DNA of 64,000 bases from an uncultured Chloroflexia bacterium (GTDB lineage Bacteria; Chloroflexota; UBA6077; JACCZL01), in the NCBI GenBank assembly GCA_963765765.1, contig CAVXYC010000023.1, forward strand, positions 224,001 through 288,000. The letters run 5' to 3'. Positions 53,121-63,138 of the stretch are shown here, in pieces. The position numbers and the translations under genes are program-made. Position 1 is the first letter of the stretch. Each line of letters begins with the position of its first letter. A model generated the notes under the pieces. It had not been told where the DNA came from. It saw only the letters and a list, made by a program, of their open reading frames with translations, and did not search any database.

Positions 53121-54323
53121 ATGAGATCAGTCCACGGCTGGTTGCTTATCGCCGTTGTCGCGACCATGCCGCTCGCCGCGCTACCGGTGATCGTCGGTCC
53201 GATCCAGCTACCGATTACCGAGCTCCTTCTCTCGCTGGCCGTGCTTAGCGCAGTCATTTGTCGAATCACAGATAAAGACGCCCACGGTGCTCCGCGTTTG
53301 GGGAAGTACGAGATGTGGCCGGTGGCCCTCTTCCTGTTAGCGGCGCTGTTCTCGTTCCTGGTGACGGAGTACCCGCGCCAGAGCCTGCGAGAGCTGCGAC
53401 TGTTGATCGTGGAGCCTGTGACGCTCTACGTGCTCCTCCGCGCAACACCCCTCGATATCTCATGGGTGCGACGAGCGGTGGCGGCGTTCGTGGGCGTCGT
53501 CGGGGCACTGGCAATCGTCGCCTTTGGCCTCGCACTGATGGGACGCGGGCTCACGGAGGCGGAAGGCGTGCAGCGCATGCTGGGATTTCATCCATCCGCG
53601 AATCATTTCGCGCTCGTCCTGGGACGAGCCATCCCGTTCAGTCTGGCAATGGCGCTGTCAGGGGGACGACGCTGGTCTGTGTACGCCGCGATGACGGCAG
53701 TTCTTACGCTGGCACTGGCGGCCACGTTCTCGGGAGGCGGGTGGATGGGAACGGCGGCCGCCGTGCTGGCGGTGGTCTGGATGACGCGAGGGTCGCGGCT
53801 TGCGATCGGTCTGCTTGCGCTTGGCGGTGTTCTGATTGGCCTGGCGCTCACTGTGCTTCGTGTTGAGCGCATCGCCTCGCGAGTTGATCCAACCCGAGGC
53901 ACGGGGTTCATCCGCATCAAACTGTGGGAAGCCTCGCTTGCGATGCTGCGCGATCATCCGATTCTCGGGATTGGGCTCGACAACTTCCTCTATCGCTATC
54001 AGCAAGACTATCTTTTGCCGGACGCCGCGATGGAGCCGAACCTTTCCCACCCGCACAACTGGGCGCTGAACTTCTGGCTGAGCCTGGGTGTCCTTGGCTT
54101 CGCGGCGGTGCTCTGGCTCTTAGCTCAGTTCACGGCCGGCATTCGAGACATCCTTAAATACTCGAAGGAGCCGACGGTCCGCGCGCTGGCCATCGGAGCG
54201 GCTGGGAGTATGATGAGTTTCCTGGTCCACGGTTCAGTGGATAACTCGTACTTCCTGCCGGACATGGCGCTGGTGTTCTGGTTCACGCTGGCGATTCCGA
54301 GAATCCTCAACCAGCAGCCCTAG
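53121..54323 (+). CDS. O-antigen ligase (Wzy_C) family membrane protein
   Basis: Multi-TM; ANHFA, TFSGGGW, R.KLW..SL.MLRDHPILGIGLDNF, HPHN, HG.VD. Confidence 0.88.
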   Translation: MRSVHGWLLIAVVATMPLAALPVIVGPIQLPITELLLSLAVLSAVICRITDKDAHGAPRLGKYEMWPVALFLLAALFSFLVTEYPRQSLRELRLLIVEPVTLYVLLRATPLDISWVRRAVAAFVGVVGALAIVAFGLALMGRGLTEAEGVQRMLGFHPSANHFALVLGRAIPFSLAMALSGGRRWSVYAAMTAVLTLALAATFSGGGWMGTAAAVLAVVWMTRGSRLAIGLLALGGVLIGLALTVLRVERIASRVDPTRGTGFIRIKLWEASLAMLRDHPILGIGLDNFLYRYQQDYLLPDAAMEPNLSHPHNWALNFWLSLGVLGFAAVLWLLAQFTAGIRDILKYSKEPTVRALAIGAAGSMMSFLVHGSVDNSYFLPDMALVFWFTLAIPRILNQQP

Positions 54324-54405
54324 GGCATTCGTTGGACCTGAGCGGAAACGTGGCCTATGATGACGGCACGTCGAGCGAACGGTTGCCTGCACAAAGGAGA
54401 GACCC

Positions 54406-54846
54406 ATGCCGAAGCTTCGCCACATTGCCCTGCATACGCCGGATCCTGAAGCCACCGCCGAGTTTTACAAGCGCGTCTTTGAGATGAAGGAGGTTGGCAA
54501 GGTCCAGTCGCCCATCGCGGAGGGCTACTATCTGAGCGACGGTGATCTCAACGTGGCCATCCTGAAGTTCAAAGACCCGGCCGCGGCGGATCGGCATGAC
54601 GGTCTCGGGCCAAACGTCATGGGGATTCACCATATGGGTTTCTGGGTGGAGGAGGCCGAAGAGGTACGCCAGCGATTGCTGGAGGCTGGTGCTGAGCCGA
54701 GAGGCGACATCACCCCCGCCGGTACGTCGTTCTTCGAGGAGAAATGGAAGGGCCCGGACGGCGTGATGATCGACATCTCGGAGCACGGTTGGGGTGGAGC
54801 AAAGCCGCCTGTCACGGCCGACGAGCCGGCCGCGGCTCGGGCCTGA
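54406..54846 (+). CDS. VOC/glyoxalase family protein
   Basis: KLRHIAL, LSDGDLNVAIL, GIHHMGF, PDGVMIDIS. Confidence 0.88.
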   Translation: MPKLRHIALHTPDPEATAEFYKRVFEMKEVGKVQSPIAEGYYLSDGDLNVAILKFKDPAAADRHDGLGPNVMGIHHMGFWVEEAEEVRQRLLEAGAEPRGDITPAGTSFFEEKWKGPDGVMIDISEHGWGGAKPPVTADEPAAARA

Positions 54847-54852
54847 GCCTGC

Positions 54853-55575
54853 GTGACGGCTGATCCGCCGACCGAAGCGCACTTAAAAGAGCAGGTAGCC
54901 ACTTCCTGCCGCATCCTGTTCAGACTCGGGTTGGCCGACTACCTCGGCCACCCGAGCGCGCGAGTTCCGGGTACCGATCGCATCATCATCAAGCCGCGCC
55001 ACTCGATGAGCGTGCACGGTATGGGCGATCTCGGTCCGGACCAGATGGTGGTCATCGATCTGGAAGGCAATCAACTCGAGGGCGGCGATCCACCACCCGG
55101 CGAGCGCTTCATCCATACGGAGATCTACAAGGCGCGTCCGGATGTGATGGGCATCGTCCACACGCACCAGACCATGTCTACCATCTTCGGAATCGTCAGC
55201 CGTCCTATCCTGCCAATTCTCCATGTGGAAGGGCCTTTGGTTGCCCGCGGGATCCCAATCTACCCATCGCCCGAGCTCGTTTCCACTCCTGAGCAAGGCG
55301 CCGCGCTGGCGCAAGCCCTGGGAGACTACGCTCTGGGCCACCTTCAGGGACACGGAATTGTCACCGTCTCCCCGACCGTCGAGGAAGCGACGCTGGCAGC
55401 GATCCACATGGAGCGTCTTGCCCGAGCCAACTACATGGCCGCCCAGCTTGGCGAGCCGCGCGTGATCCCACCAGATGAGATCGAGCGACTGGCGGGACCG
55501 ATGGTCGGCTTCCAGGTCCGCTGGTCTTACTACGTCAGTTTGATTGAGGGGTCCACGGGGCCCGTTAATTTCTGA
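54853..55575 (+). CDS. class II aldolase/adducin family protein
   Basis: GHPSARVPG, E.FIHTEIYKARPDV..IVHTH, GHG. Confidence 0.9.
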   Translation: MTADPPTEAHLKEQVATSCRILFRLGLADYLGHPSARVPGTDRIIIKPRHSMSVHGMGDLGPDQMVVIDLEGNQLEGGDPPPGERFIHTEIYKARPDVMGIVHTHQTMSTIFGIVSRPILPILHVEGPLVARGIPIYPSPELVSTPEQGAALAQALGDYALGHLQGHGIVTVSPTVEEATLAAIHMERLARANYMAAQLGEPRVIPPDEIERLAGPMVGFQVRWSYYVSLIEGSTGPVNF

Positions 55576-55595
55576 CTGACTCAACCGAGAGTCAA

Positions 55596-56402
55596 CTACG
55601 GGCGATCGCCGACCGCCAGTAGAGCCGTCGCCTCGATGTGAAGGCCATCTGCGTGCTGACGGTCATTGAGCCGTTCAGCCAGCGATTCGCGCACACGCGA
55701 GGCATCAGGCTCGTTGAGCTTGGCGAGATCCCGCCTGAGGCCGGTCGTCATGGCAGTGTGCCAGTATTGATCGAGATCGGCATAGACGAACACATTCGAT
55801 GCTTCTTGCACGTGGACACCTTCGAACCTGGCTGATTCGAGCAACTCGGACAACCGTTCAGCTTCTGTGATCCATCCAGGCGCCATGCCACTGCTGAGGC
55901 CCATGGAGTGAAGCACCGCTCCGAGGTCGTCCACCTGGGTTGTCTTCCAGGTGGATAGACCAATGCGTCCTCCGGGTCTGAGGACACGTCGGAACTCAGC
56001 CAGAGCCTGGCTCTGTGAAGGAAAGAACATCACGCCAAATCCGCACAGGACGCGATCGAACGATGCATCGGCGAAATCGAGCTGCTCGGCATCCATGGGC
56101 AGCACTCGGGCGGAGCTGCCGCGTCGATCGATCTCCGCTGCTGTCTCGCTGATCATGGTCTCGGCGAGGTCGATCCCGACGACCTCGCCTGACTCACCCG
56201 TCCGTTCAACGGCGGGAAAGAGCACCGCGCCGCGCCCCGTAGCAACGTCGAGTACGCGCTGACCTGCGTCGAGTCCCACAAGCTCCACGAGCTCTCGGCC
56301 GAAGTGCGCAAAGCATGCTGGCCCTGTAGTGTCATACGTTGGAGCTAACACATTGAATAGGGCCTGCGTCTGCGCTTTGCGAGACTGGCTCTCGGTGTTC
56401 AT
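55596..56402 (-). CDS. class I SAM-dependent methyltransferase
   Basis: VLDVATGRG, MDAEQLDF.DASFD, RVLRPGGR. Confidence 0.9.
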   Translation of the reverse strand: MNTESQSRKAQTQALFNVLAPTYDTTGPACFAHFGRELVELVGLDAGQRVLDVATGRGAVLFPAVERTGESGEVVGIDLAETMISETAAEIDRRGSSARVLPMDAEQLDFADASFDRVLCGFGVMFFPSQSQALAEFRRVLRPGGRIGLSTWKTTQVDDLGAVLHSMGLSSGMAPGWITEAERLSELLESARFEGVHVQEASNVFVYADLDQYWHTAMTTGLRRDLAKLNEPDASRVRESLAERLNDRQHADGLHIEATALLAVGDRP

Positions 56403-56929
56403 CGCGGGCCTCCGATCAGCCATCAACGGTGGTTCGTCAGTATAGCCATCAGTTCTCGGCGACCCTGGCCGGCCTACGGAGTCGACCAGCGTTGTCCCGT
56501 GCTCCACGCAGCGCCTCAGTGTATCCAGTAGTCCATGGGGATCGGCCAGAATCACGAGCCCATTCGAGACAACTCCGGCAGTACCGGCGTCTAGGGGCTG
56601 GGTGCTGGCCCAATCCGCACCGGCGATACCGAATTCGACCTCCGTACCCTCCTGATAGAAGACGCGTAATGACTTCAGCCGGCCCCAGTCTTCGCAAGAG
56701 ATCGATGTAATAGCACCGAAAGCCTCGACCCAGTGCGGTAGCGATGGAGAAAGGGCGCGGGATCCGCGACCAACAGGACGAGATCAACGTCGGAGTCCGG
56801 ACGTTCGGTTCCTCGTGCGTACGATCCGACAACCGCCGCTGCTAGGATGTCTCCTTGGCGAATGGCCCAGTCACGAACGGAGCTGATCACGTTCAGCGCT
56901 TTCGGGTTGCGTAGGCCGGCCATAGCCAC
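56403..56929 (-). CDS. nucleotidyltransferase domain protein (frameshifted; 3' end uncertain)
   Basis: VGSYARG..RPDSDVDL, then in a second frame EDWG.LKSLRV.Y..G.EVEFG..W...PLDAGT..VV..G..IL.DP.GLL. Confidence 0.8.
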
Positions 56930-56998
56930 TCAACCCGTCTTTCTAACCATCGGGTCTCCGTTGGAGCACGCCGTCTGCGTCAAATAGCATTGCTTCTA

Positions 56999-57684
56999 TC
57001 AACGTGTTGCGCTCTCTTCAAACGGATGCTCATCCACCACAAGTACCAGTGGGGCCTGAAGCTTACGTGCCTCACACAAGAAGGTGAGCCACGTGCGAGT
57101 CGGCTGGACCAGGCGGCCCTTCTCGATCACTGTGAACGATGCTTGGTCGAGCATGACCACGAGCTCGCTCTCAGAATAGCGGGCAAAGAGGCGCTGGATA
57201 TTTGTGCCATACCCCGGCTCCCATTGTTCGCCCTCGCCTTCTTGCATGCTCAGCATGAGCAGCGCCCTCGGCTTCAGGACGCGGTGCATCTCGGCGAGTG
57301 CCGCCGGCGCCTCCGCCTTTGGCAGGTGAAGGAGCGAGGCGCAGCACCATCCGGCGTCGAACGAGTGATCATTGAAGGCGAGCTGCCGCATATCCATCGC
57401 CGCGAGGCTTCCGCGGGCGGCTTGTTGAGCAAGCGCAATCATTCCCGCCGAACGATCGACGCCGATGACCGCCATTCCATGAGACTCGAACCAAGCCATG
57501 TCCCGGCCGGTGCCGCAGCCGATATCGACGATTAGTGCCTCCGGTCAAGACGCTCCACGAGGGTCGATCCGAGTCGCTCCAGGTCCGCGGGCATCGCGCC
57601 GTGGTTGCTCTCCGCGTAGACTTTGGCGAGCTTGTCGTAGGCTGCCTGTACCTCGATCGCCGTATCGGGTAACGGAATGTTCAG
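56999..57684 (-). CDS. class I SAM-dependent methyltransferase (frameshifted N-terminus)
   Basis: AYDKLA..YA; VDIGCGTGRD; MDMRQLAF; ASLLHLPK; RVLKP. Confidence 0.85.
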
Positions 57685-57758
57685 TGCCCTCCCCCAAGCT
57701 GGATGTATGTAGCTGCTTCACGCTTGACCAGCACCAAGGCAGCGCCCACAATGCAGCC

Positions 57759-58472
57759 GTGGCGCAACTTCCCGACGTGCTTCTGCTGGATCTCGACGAT
57801 ACCATCCTGGATGACACCGGAGGGGTGGCGGCGTGCTGGCGGGCAACGTGTGAGACGTTTGCCGCCCGTGCCGGCGTTGAGGCAGCTCGGCTCGATTCGG
57901 CCGTCGATGTCACGCGAATCTGGTATTGGGACGACCCCGAACGCCACCGCATCGGCCGCTCCGACCTACGGGCCGCCTCCGCGCACATCGTGGACCTCGC
58001 CCTTCAAACCTTCGGCCTCGCCGACGCGTCGCTTGCCCGAGCAATCGCGGACCATTATCGCGACCAACGTGACGAGTTTATCTGTCTCTTCCCCGGAGCG
58101 CTGGAGACTCTCGAAAAGTTGCGCGAGCGCGGCATACCGCTTGCCCTTCTCACCAACGGCTCAGCCGCGGCGCAACGCTGGAAGGTGGAGCGGTTCAATC
58201 TGGCGAAGTACTTTGACTGCATCATGATCGAAGGCGAGCAGGGGTTTGGCAAGCCAGACGAACGGGTCTACCGCAATGCTTTACGGGCCTTGGGCGCCAG
58301 CCCCGTGGATGCATGGTGCGTCGGGGACAACATCGAATGGGATGTTGCCGCCCCGCAAAATCTCGGCATCCATGGTGTGTGGGTGAATCGGAACGGCTCC
58401 GCGGTGGCGGAGCGTTTCAAATCGATCGTTCCGAACAGAATCATCACCGAGCTCGCGGACCTGCTGCGCTAG
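57759..58472 (+). CDS. HAD-superfamily hydrolase
   Basis: DLDDT, LTNG, KPD, VGDN..WD. Confidence 0.9.
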   Translation: MAQLPDVLLLDLDDTILDDTGGVAACWRATCETFAARAGVEAARLDSAVDVTRIWYWDDPERHRIGRSDLRAASAHIVDLALQTFGLADASLARAIADHYRDQRDEFICLFPGALETLEKLRERGIPLALLTNGSAAAQRWKVERFNLAKYFDCIMIEGEQGFGKPDERVYRNALRALGASPVDAWCVGDNIEWDVAAPQNLGIHGVWVNRNGSAVAERFKSIVPNRIITELADLLR

Positions 58473-58540
58473 CCGGGGCACTACGATTCGCCGCTGATTT
58501 CGACGATAATCAAATCGTAGCGCATGTGACGGAACTTGAG

Positions 58541-59536
58541 ATGGCGCAGCAATTGGCACCTAGCCATAGTGGCGATCACCAGCAACACGAACACGCTCAC
58601 CACGGCAATGAGGTGGGCGCTCATCTGCATGGACGACTGATCTGGGCGCTGGTGCTCACGGCAGCCTATATGGCGGCCGAGATCGTGGGTGGGCTGCTCA
58701 CGAACTCCCTCGCACTGCTGGCCGATGCCGGCCACATGGCCTCGGATGTCGCCGGTCTCATCATCGCCGTGATCGCGGCCCGCCTCGTGCAGCGCCCGGC
58801 AACATCCGGTCGCACGTTCGGGTTCCGTCGAGCCGAGATTCTGGCGGCGCTGGTTAATAGTGTCGCGCTGATTGGGATCGCGGTCTTCATTGCCTGGGAA
58901 GCAGTCGTCCGATTCCGTGACCCACCTGAAGTTCAGGCCGCCGGAATGCTTGTTCTCGCGCTCGGCGGCCTCCTCGTCAACGCGGTGTGCGCCCGACTTC
59001 TACACGACGCGGCGCAGCACAACATGAACGTGCGTGGCGCTTTCTTGCATGTGCTCATGGACTTGCTCGGGTCGGTGGGTGTGCTCATAGCAGGTGGCGT
59101 GATTCTCCTCACCGGTTGGAAGATCATTGATCCGCTGATCTCGCTCATTCTGGCGTTGCTCATTCTTCCGCGCGCATGGTCCTTACTCCGAGCCGCCTCA
59201 GACGTCCTCATGGAGTCCACGCCGGCACACCTGGACACGCGGGAAATTCAGACCGCGCTGGAAGCGGTCCCCGGCGTCGTCTCAGTGCACGACTTACACA
59301 TCTGGACGATCAACAGCGGCTTCATTGCCCTCAGCGGGCACGTGATTGCCAATGAGGTGTCCAGCAGTTCACTGCTGCATGACCTGCAGACTATTCTGCG
59401 CACCCAGTTCAATATCCAGCACACCACTCTTCAGGTTGAGAGACCGGATCACGCCGAGGATGGAATGTGCTGTGAGATCGACCCGCGTTGCCTGCCAGAT
59501 CAAGAGGCAGTTAGCGCTGCATCCGGGCGCAACTGA
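58541..59536 (+). CDS. cation diffusion facilitator (CzcD/ZitB-like)
   Basis: His-rich N-terminus; SLALLADAGHMASD; TFGFRRAEILAA; LHVLMD; VHDLHIW; HTTLQVE. Confidence 0.92.
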   Translation: MAQQLAPSHSGDHQQHEHAHHGNEVGAHLHGRLIWALVLTAAYMAAEIVGGLLTNSLALLADAGHMASDVAGLIIAVIAARLVQRPATSGRTFGFRRAEILAALVNSVALIGIAVFIAWEAVVRFRDPPEVQAAGMLVLALGGLLVNAVCARLLHDAAQHNMNVRGAFLHVLMDLLGSVGVLIAGGVILLTGWKIIDPLISLILALLILPRAWSLLRAASDVLMESTPAHLDTREIQTALEAVPGVVSVHDLHIWTINSGFIALSGHVIANEVSSSSLLHDLQTILRTQFNIQHTTLQVERPDHAEDGMCCEIDPRCLPDQEAVSAASGRN

Positions 59537-59711
59537 GCTTTTACCTACGCCGCGATTTACGCCGTCCGTGGTGTCTATCGTGCGGACCTCCGAAGCGGAT
59601 CGACTGGATGTCGGCGAGTCCGAACCGCCCAGGTCCTTTAGCTTTTGAATCGCGTTGCGCTGGCGAAGCGTAGGCTACTATTTGCGGTGCGCAAATCCAG
59701 CACACGGGCCA

Positions 59712-60893
59712 ATGTTGAGCCACCGAACCTACTCCTTTGCGGCGGCGAGCACGGTCATCACCGCGCTCATCGTCGGGCTGACCGCGCCGGTTCTCGGCCA
59801 GGACGATGCCGCGCCGATCGCGGGGATCGGTCCTGACGAGCTGGCTCGATTCGAAGCTGGTCGGGGCGTCTTTACGCATGAGCACTCGCCCGATGACGGT
59901 CTGGGCCCATTCTTCAACGCTCGAGCTTGCGCGGAGTGCCATAGCTCACCGGGGCCGGGCGGCTCGAGCTTGGACGAGAATCACCAGGTTGTGCTCTTCG
60001 GCCGCGGCGACGGTGAGGGCGGCTTCGATCCACTGACGCATCTCGGGGGGCCGGTGCGCAGCCAGCGCACCGTGCGCTCCATGCTTCCCGGCTGCCGCCT
60101 GCAGGGAGAATCCGTGCCGAAAGAGGCAAACGTGAAAGCACATCGGCAACCGCCACCGTTGTATGGCCTGGGTCTTATGGAGGCTGTCGATGAGGAAGCG
60201 ATCATCGCCCAGATTGACCTGGGCGCGGCCGCCGACCCCGGCGAGGTCAGAGGGCGGCTGAACTACGACGGAGGTCGTGTGGGTCGCTTCGGCTGGAAGG
60301 CGCAGGCAGCCTCGCTCGAGGACTTCGTGTCGGGGTCGCTTCGGGACGAGCTGGGGATTACGAACCCGAAAGCTCCAGATGAATCGTCGGCATGGCGCGG
60401 TGCTGCCGATAACTGCGATTCGCGCGAAGATCCGGAAGATGATGGCTCGCGCAGTCGTGCGCTGGTCGATTTCTTGCTGCTCCTGGGGCCGCCTGACAGG
60501 TCGACAGACCCTGAGTCCGTTCGCTATGGCGAGTCTGTATTCCATCAAGTTGGGTGCGCGGCCTGCCACACACCAGCGCTGCGATCCGGCGCCCATTCGG
60601 AGCCCGCGCTGAGCGACCGAGATCTGCCGCTATACTCGGATATGCTGATTCACGATATGGGCGAGTATCTTGCAGACGACGTGGTTCAGGGCCAGGCTGG
60701 TGGCGCCGATTGGCGCACCACTCCGCTCTGGGGCCTGGGCAAAAAGACTCGTTACTTGCATGATGGTCGGTCAACCGACCTGCGCGAGGTGATAGAGCTG
60801 CACAGCGGCGAAGCCCGCGCCGCACGCTATCGTCTACGCGGGCGGCCCAGATCTGACGTCAACGCTCTGATCGAGTTCCTGCGCTCACTCTAA
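59712..60893 (+). CDS. di-heme oxidoreductase (DHOR) family protein
   Basis: GLGPFFNA.ACAECH, PPLYGLGL, GRFGWKA, GCAACH, WRTTPLWG, YLHDGR. Confidence 0.9.
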   Translation: MLSHRTYSFAAASTVITALIVGLTAPVLGQDDAAPIAGIGPDELARFEAGRGVFTHEHSPDDGLGPFFNARACAECHSSPGPGGSSLDENHQVVLFGRGDGEGGFDPLTHLGGPVRSQRTVRSMLPGCRLQGESVPKEANVKAHRQPPPLYGLGLMEAVDEEAIIAQIDLGAAADPGEVRGRLNYDGGRVGRFGWKAQAASLEDFVSGSLRDELGITNPKAPDESSAWRGAADNCDSREDPEDDGSRSRALVDFLLLLGPPDRSTDPESVRYGESVFHQVGCAACHTPALRSGAHSEPALSDRDLPLYSDMLIHDMGEYLADDVVQGQAGGADWRTTPLWGLGKKTRYLHDGRSTDLREVIELHSGEARAARYRLRGRPRSDVNALIEFLRSL

Positions 60894-61071
60894 GTTCAGA
60901 GCCGCATCCCGGCGGCTGAATCACCCAGAGCCTCGGTCGCGCTCTCGGCCCCGACACCGCGGGCGAATCAAGTGTCGAATACGGTGTCGCTCGTTCGACA
61001 CCTATGTAGAAAAGCAAGCGTCGAGCGCCTCAGCCATCAGTCGTGGCCGCTCTCGCACCTGGAGTATCACA

Positions 61072-62607
61072 ATGTCCCTGATCAGGGAGCAGGCCCGAGT
61101 AGCCGGCAGACGAGAGTGGATTGGACTTGCCGTTCTCGCACTTCCATGCCTGCTTTACTCAATGGACCTCACGGTTCTCAATCTTGCGCTTCCCTCGCTG
61201 ACGGAAGATCTCCAACCCACCAGCACACAGCTTTTGTGGATCGTGGACATCTACGGTTTCCTCGTGGCTGGCACGCTCATCACCATGGGTACACTGGGCG
61301 ATCGCATCGGCCGCCGGCGGCTTCTCCTGGTAGGTGCAGCCTCGTTCGGACTCGCCTCGGTGCTCGCGGCGTTCTCCACGAGCGCTACCATGCTCATCGC
61401 CACCCGAGCGCTCCTCGGCGTCGCCGGCGCAACGCTCGCGCCGTCCACACTCTCACTCATCCGCAACATGTTTCTGGATCCGCGTCAGCGCACGTTTGCG
61501 ATTGGGATCTGGGCCACCAGCTACTCAGTGGGTGCCGCGATTGGGCCTGTGCTGGGTGGTCTGATGCTGGATCGCTTCTGGTGGGGCTCCGCGTTTCTCA
61601 TCGGCGTGCCGTTTATGGTGCTCCTCCTGGCGGTAGGGCCATGGCTCCTGCCCGAGTCGAAAGACCCCAATGCCGGTCGAATGGATCTGATGAGCGCCGC
61701 GCTGTCGCTCGCAGCCGTCCTGGCAGTCATCTATAGCTTGAAAAGGACCGCCGAAGATGGCCCCAGCACAATCGCCGGTTTTGCGCTTCTCGCGGGCCTT
61801 GTAGCTGGATTGGCTTTCATATACCGACAGCACACGCTGACTGATCCGCTGATCGACCTCGGCCTGTTCAAGGTGCCCGGCTTCGGCGCCGCGTGTGGCA
61901 TTAACCTGCTGTCAGTATTCGTCGCGTTCGGACCTTTCATACTGATTGCGCAGTATCTGCAGCTTGTCCTGGGACTCACACCGTTGGTCGCTGGCCTATG
62001 GACGTTGCCTTCATCCGCGGGGTTCATCGTTGGATCAATGCTTGCACCCGTATTGGTGCGCTGGATGAGGCCGTCCACGGCCATTGCCGCGGGGCTGGCG
62101 GTCTCCGGGGCCGGTCTGTTGGTCATCGCTCAGGCTCACGGCGAATCTGGCCTCGCGGCCATTGTCATTGGATCTGTGATCCTGTCCCTGGGCTTGTCAC
62201 CAGCGGTCACACTGTCCACGGACCTGATCGTTGGCACGGCGCCCCCCGAGCGCGCGGGCTCTGCCGCGGCACTCTCAGAGACCGGCGCGGAGCTCGGAGG
62301 AGCGCTCGGTATAGCCATCCTCGGAACGATTGGGACAGCCATTTACCGCGGAACCATGTCCTCGTCCATACCGGCAGGAGTGCCGGAAGAAGCTGCCGAC
62401 GCGGCCATTCAGACACTTGGTGGCGCTCTGACCGCGGGGCATCAGCTGGGCAACGTCTCCGGCGACGCGTTGATCGGCGTGGCGCGCGCGGTGTTCGCCC
62501 ACACGCTGGATGTCACCGCGGCAATAAGCGCGGTGCTGGTACTCGGTACGGCGGTCATGGCCGCGTTTGCGCTACGGCATGCGCAGCCGGCGCCTGCAGG
62601 CGAGTAG
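61072..62607 (+). CDS. DHA2-family MFS drug efflux transporter (14 TM)
   Basis: DLTVLNLALP, WIVDIY, GTLGDRIGRRRLL, ELGGALGIAILG. Confidence 0.92.
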   Translation: MSLIREQARVAGRREWIGLAVLALPCLLYSMDLTVLNLALPSLTEDLQPTSTQLLWIVDIYGFLVAGTLITMGTLGDRIGRRRLLLVGAASFGLASVLAAFSTSATMLIATRALLGVAGATLAPSTLSLIRNMFLDPRQRTFAIGIWATSYSVGAAIGPVLGGLMLDRFWWGSAFLIGVPFMVLLLAVGPWLLPESKDPNAGRMDLMSAALSLAAVLAVIYSLKRTAEDGPSTIAGFALLAGLVAGLAFIYRQHTLTDPLIDLGLFKVPGFGAACGINLLSVFVAFGPFILIAQYLQLVLGLTPLVAGLWTLPSSAGFIVGSMLAPVLVRWMRPSTAIAAGLAVSGAGLLVIAQAHGESGLAAIVIGSVILSLGLSPAVTLSTDLIVGTAPPERAGSAAALSETGAELGGALGIAILGTIGTAIYRGTMSSSIPAGVPEEAADAAIQTLGGALTAGHQLGNVSGDALIGVARAVFAHTLDVTAAISAVLVLGTAVMAAFALRHAQPAPAGE

Positions 62608-62760
62608 ACGGGCAATTCAACCAGCTTCAGGATTGGTACTGCCTCGAACCTGTAGTCTGCTGGCATACCGATCCAGAGCCCGTCCAGTTGGGCAGTCGAG
62701 ACGACTGTCCACCGGACGGGACTCCGTTCCATCTCGTAAACTAAGCCGTATTCAACGTCT

Positions 62761-62945
62761 CTACGAGGGCAGCGTGAAGTCGGCAACGTAAGCATCACCA
62801 ACAGGATCTGATGCTTCAGCTCGATCTCACGGTGCTCTCGACCTGATTCCAGAATGGCCAGGCAGCATTCGAGCGTGGCCAGGCCCCAGCGACCATCGTG
62901 GTGTAGAGGCTGCCATTGTTGATCGCATGCACGAATCCAGGATCC
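62761..62945 (-). pseudogene. 3' remnant of a Gfo/Idh/MocA gene closely related to 41496-42740
   Basis: FVHAINNG / HDGRWGLATLECCLAILESGREHREIELKHQI / AYVADFTLPS* across frames. Confidence 0.85.
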
Positions 62946-63138
62946 GTGCAATGATGGTGCAGCCCTACCGGGCCGTGGCGATCTGATGCACACCCGACGC
63001 TTCCGAGAGGAGGATTATGCAGGGCCAACTATCGTCCTACTGAAGCCGGCGTCAGCCGCCAGGCACGAAACGGCGACGGTTGCCGCTGCGATCCAACGAC
63101 TCGCGCAGCACTACAGATTGTGCGCTCCGATTTGCTAG

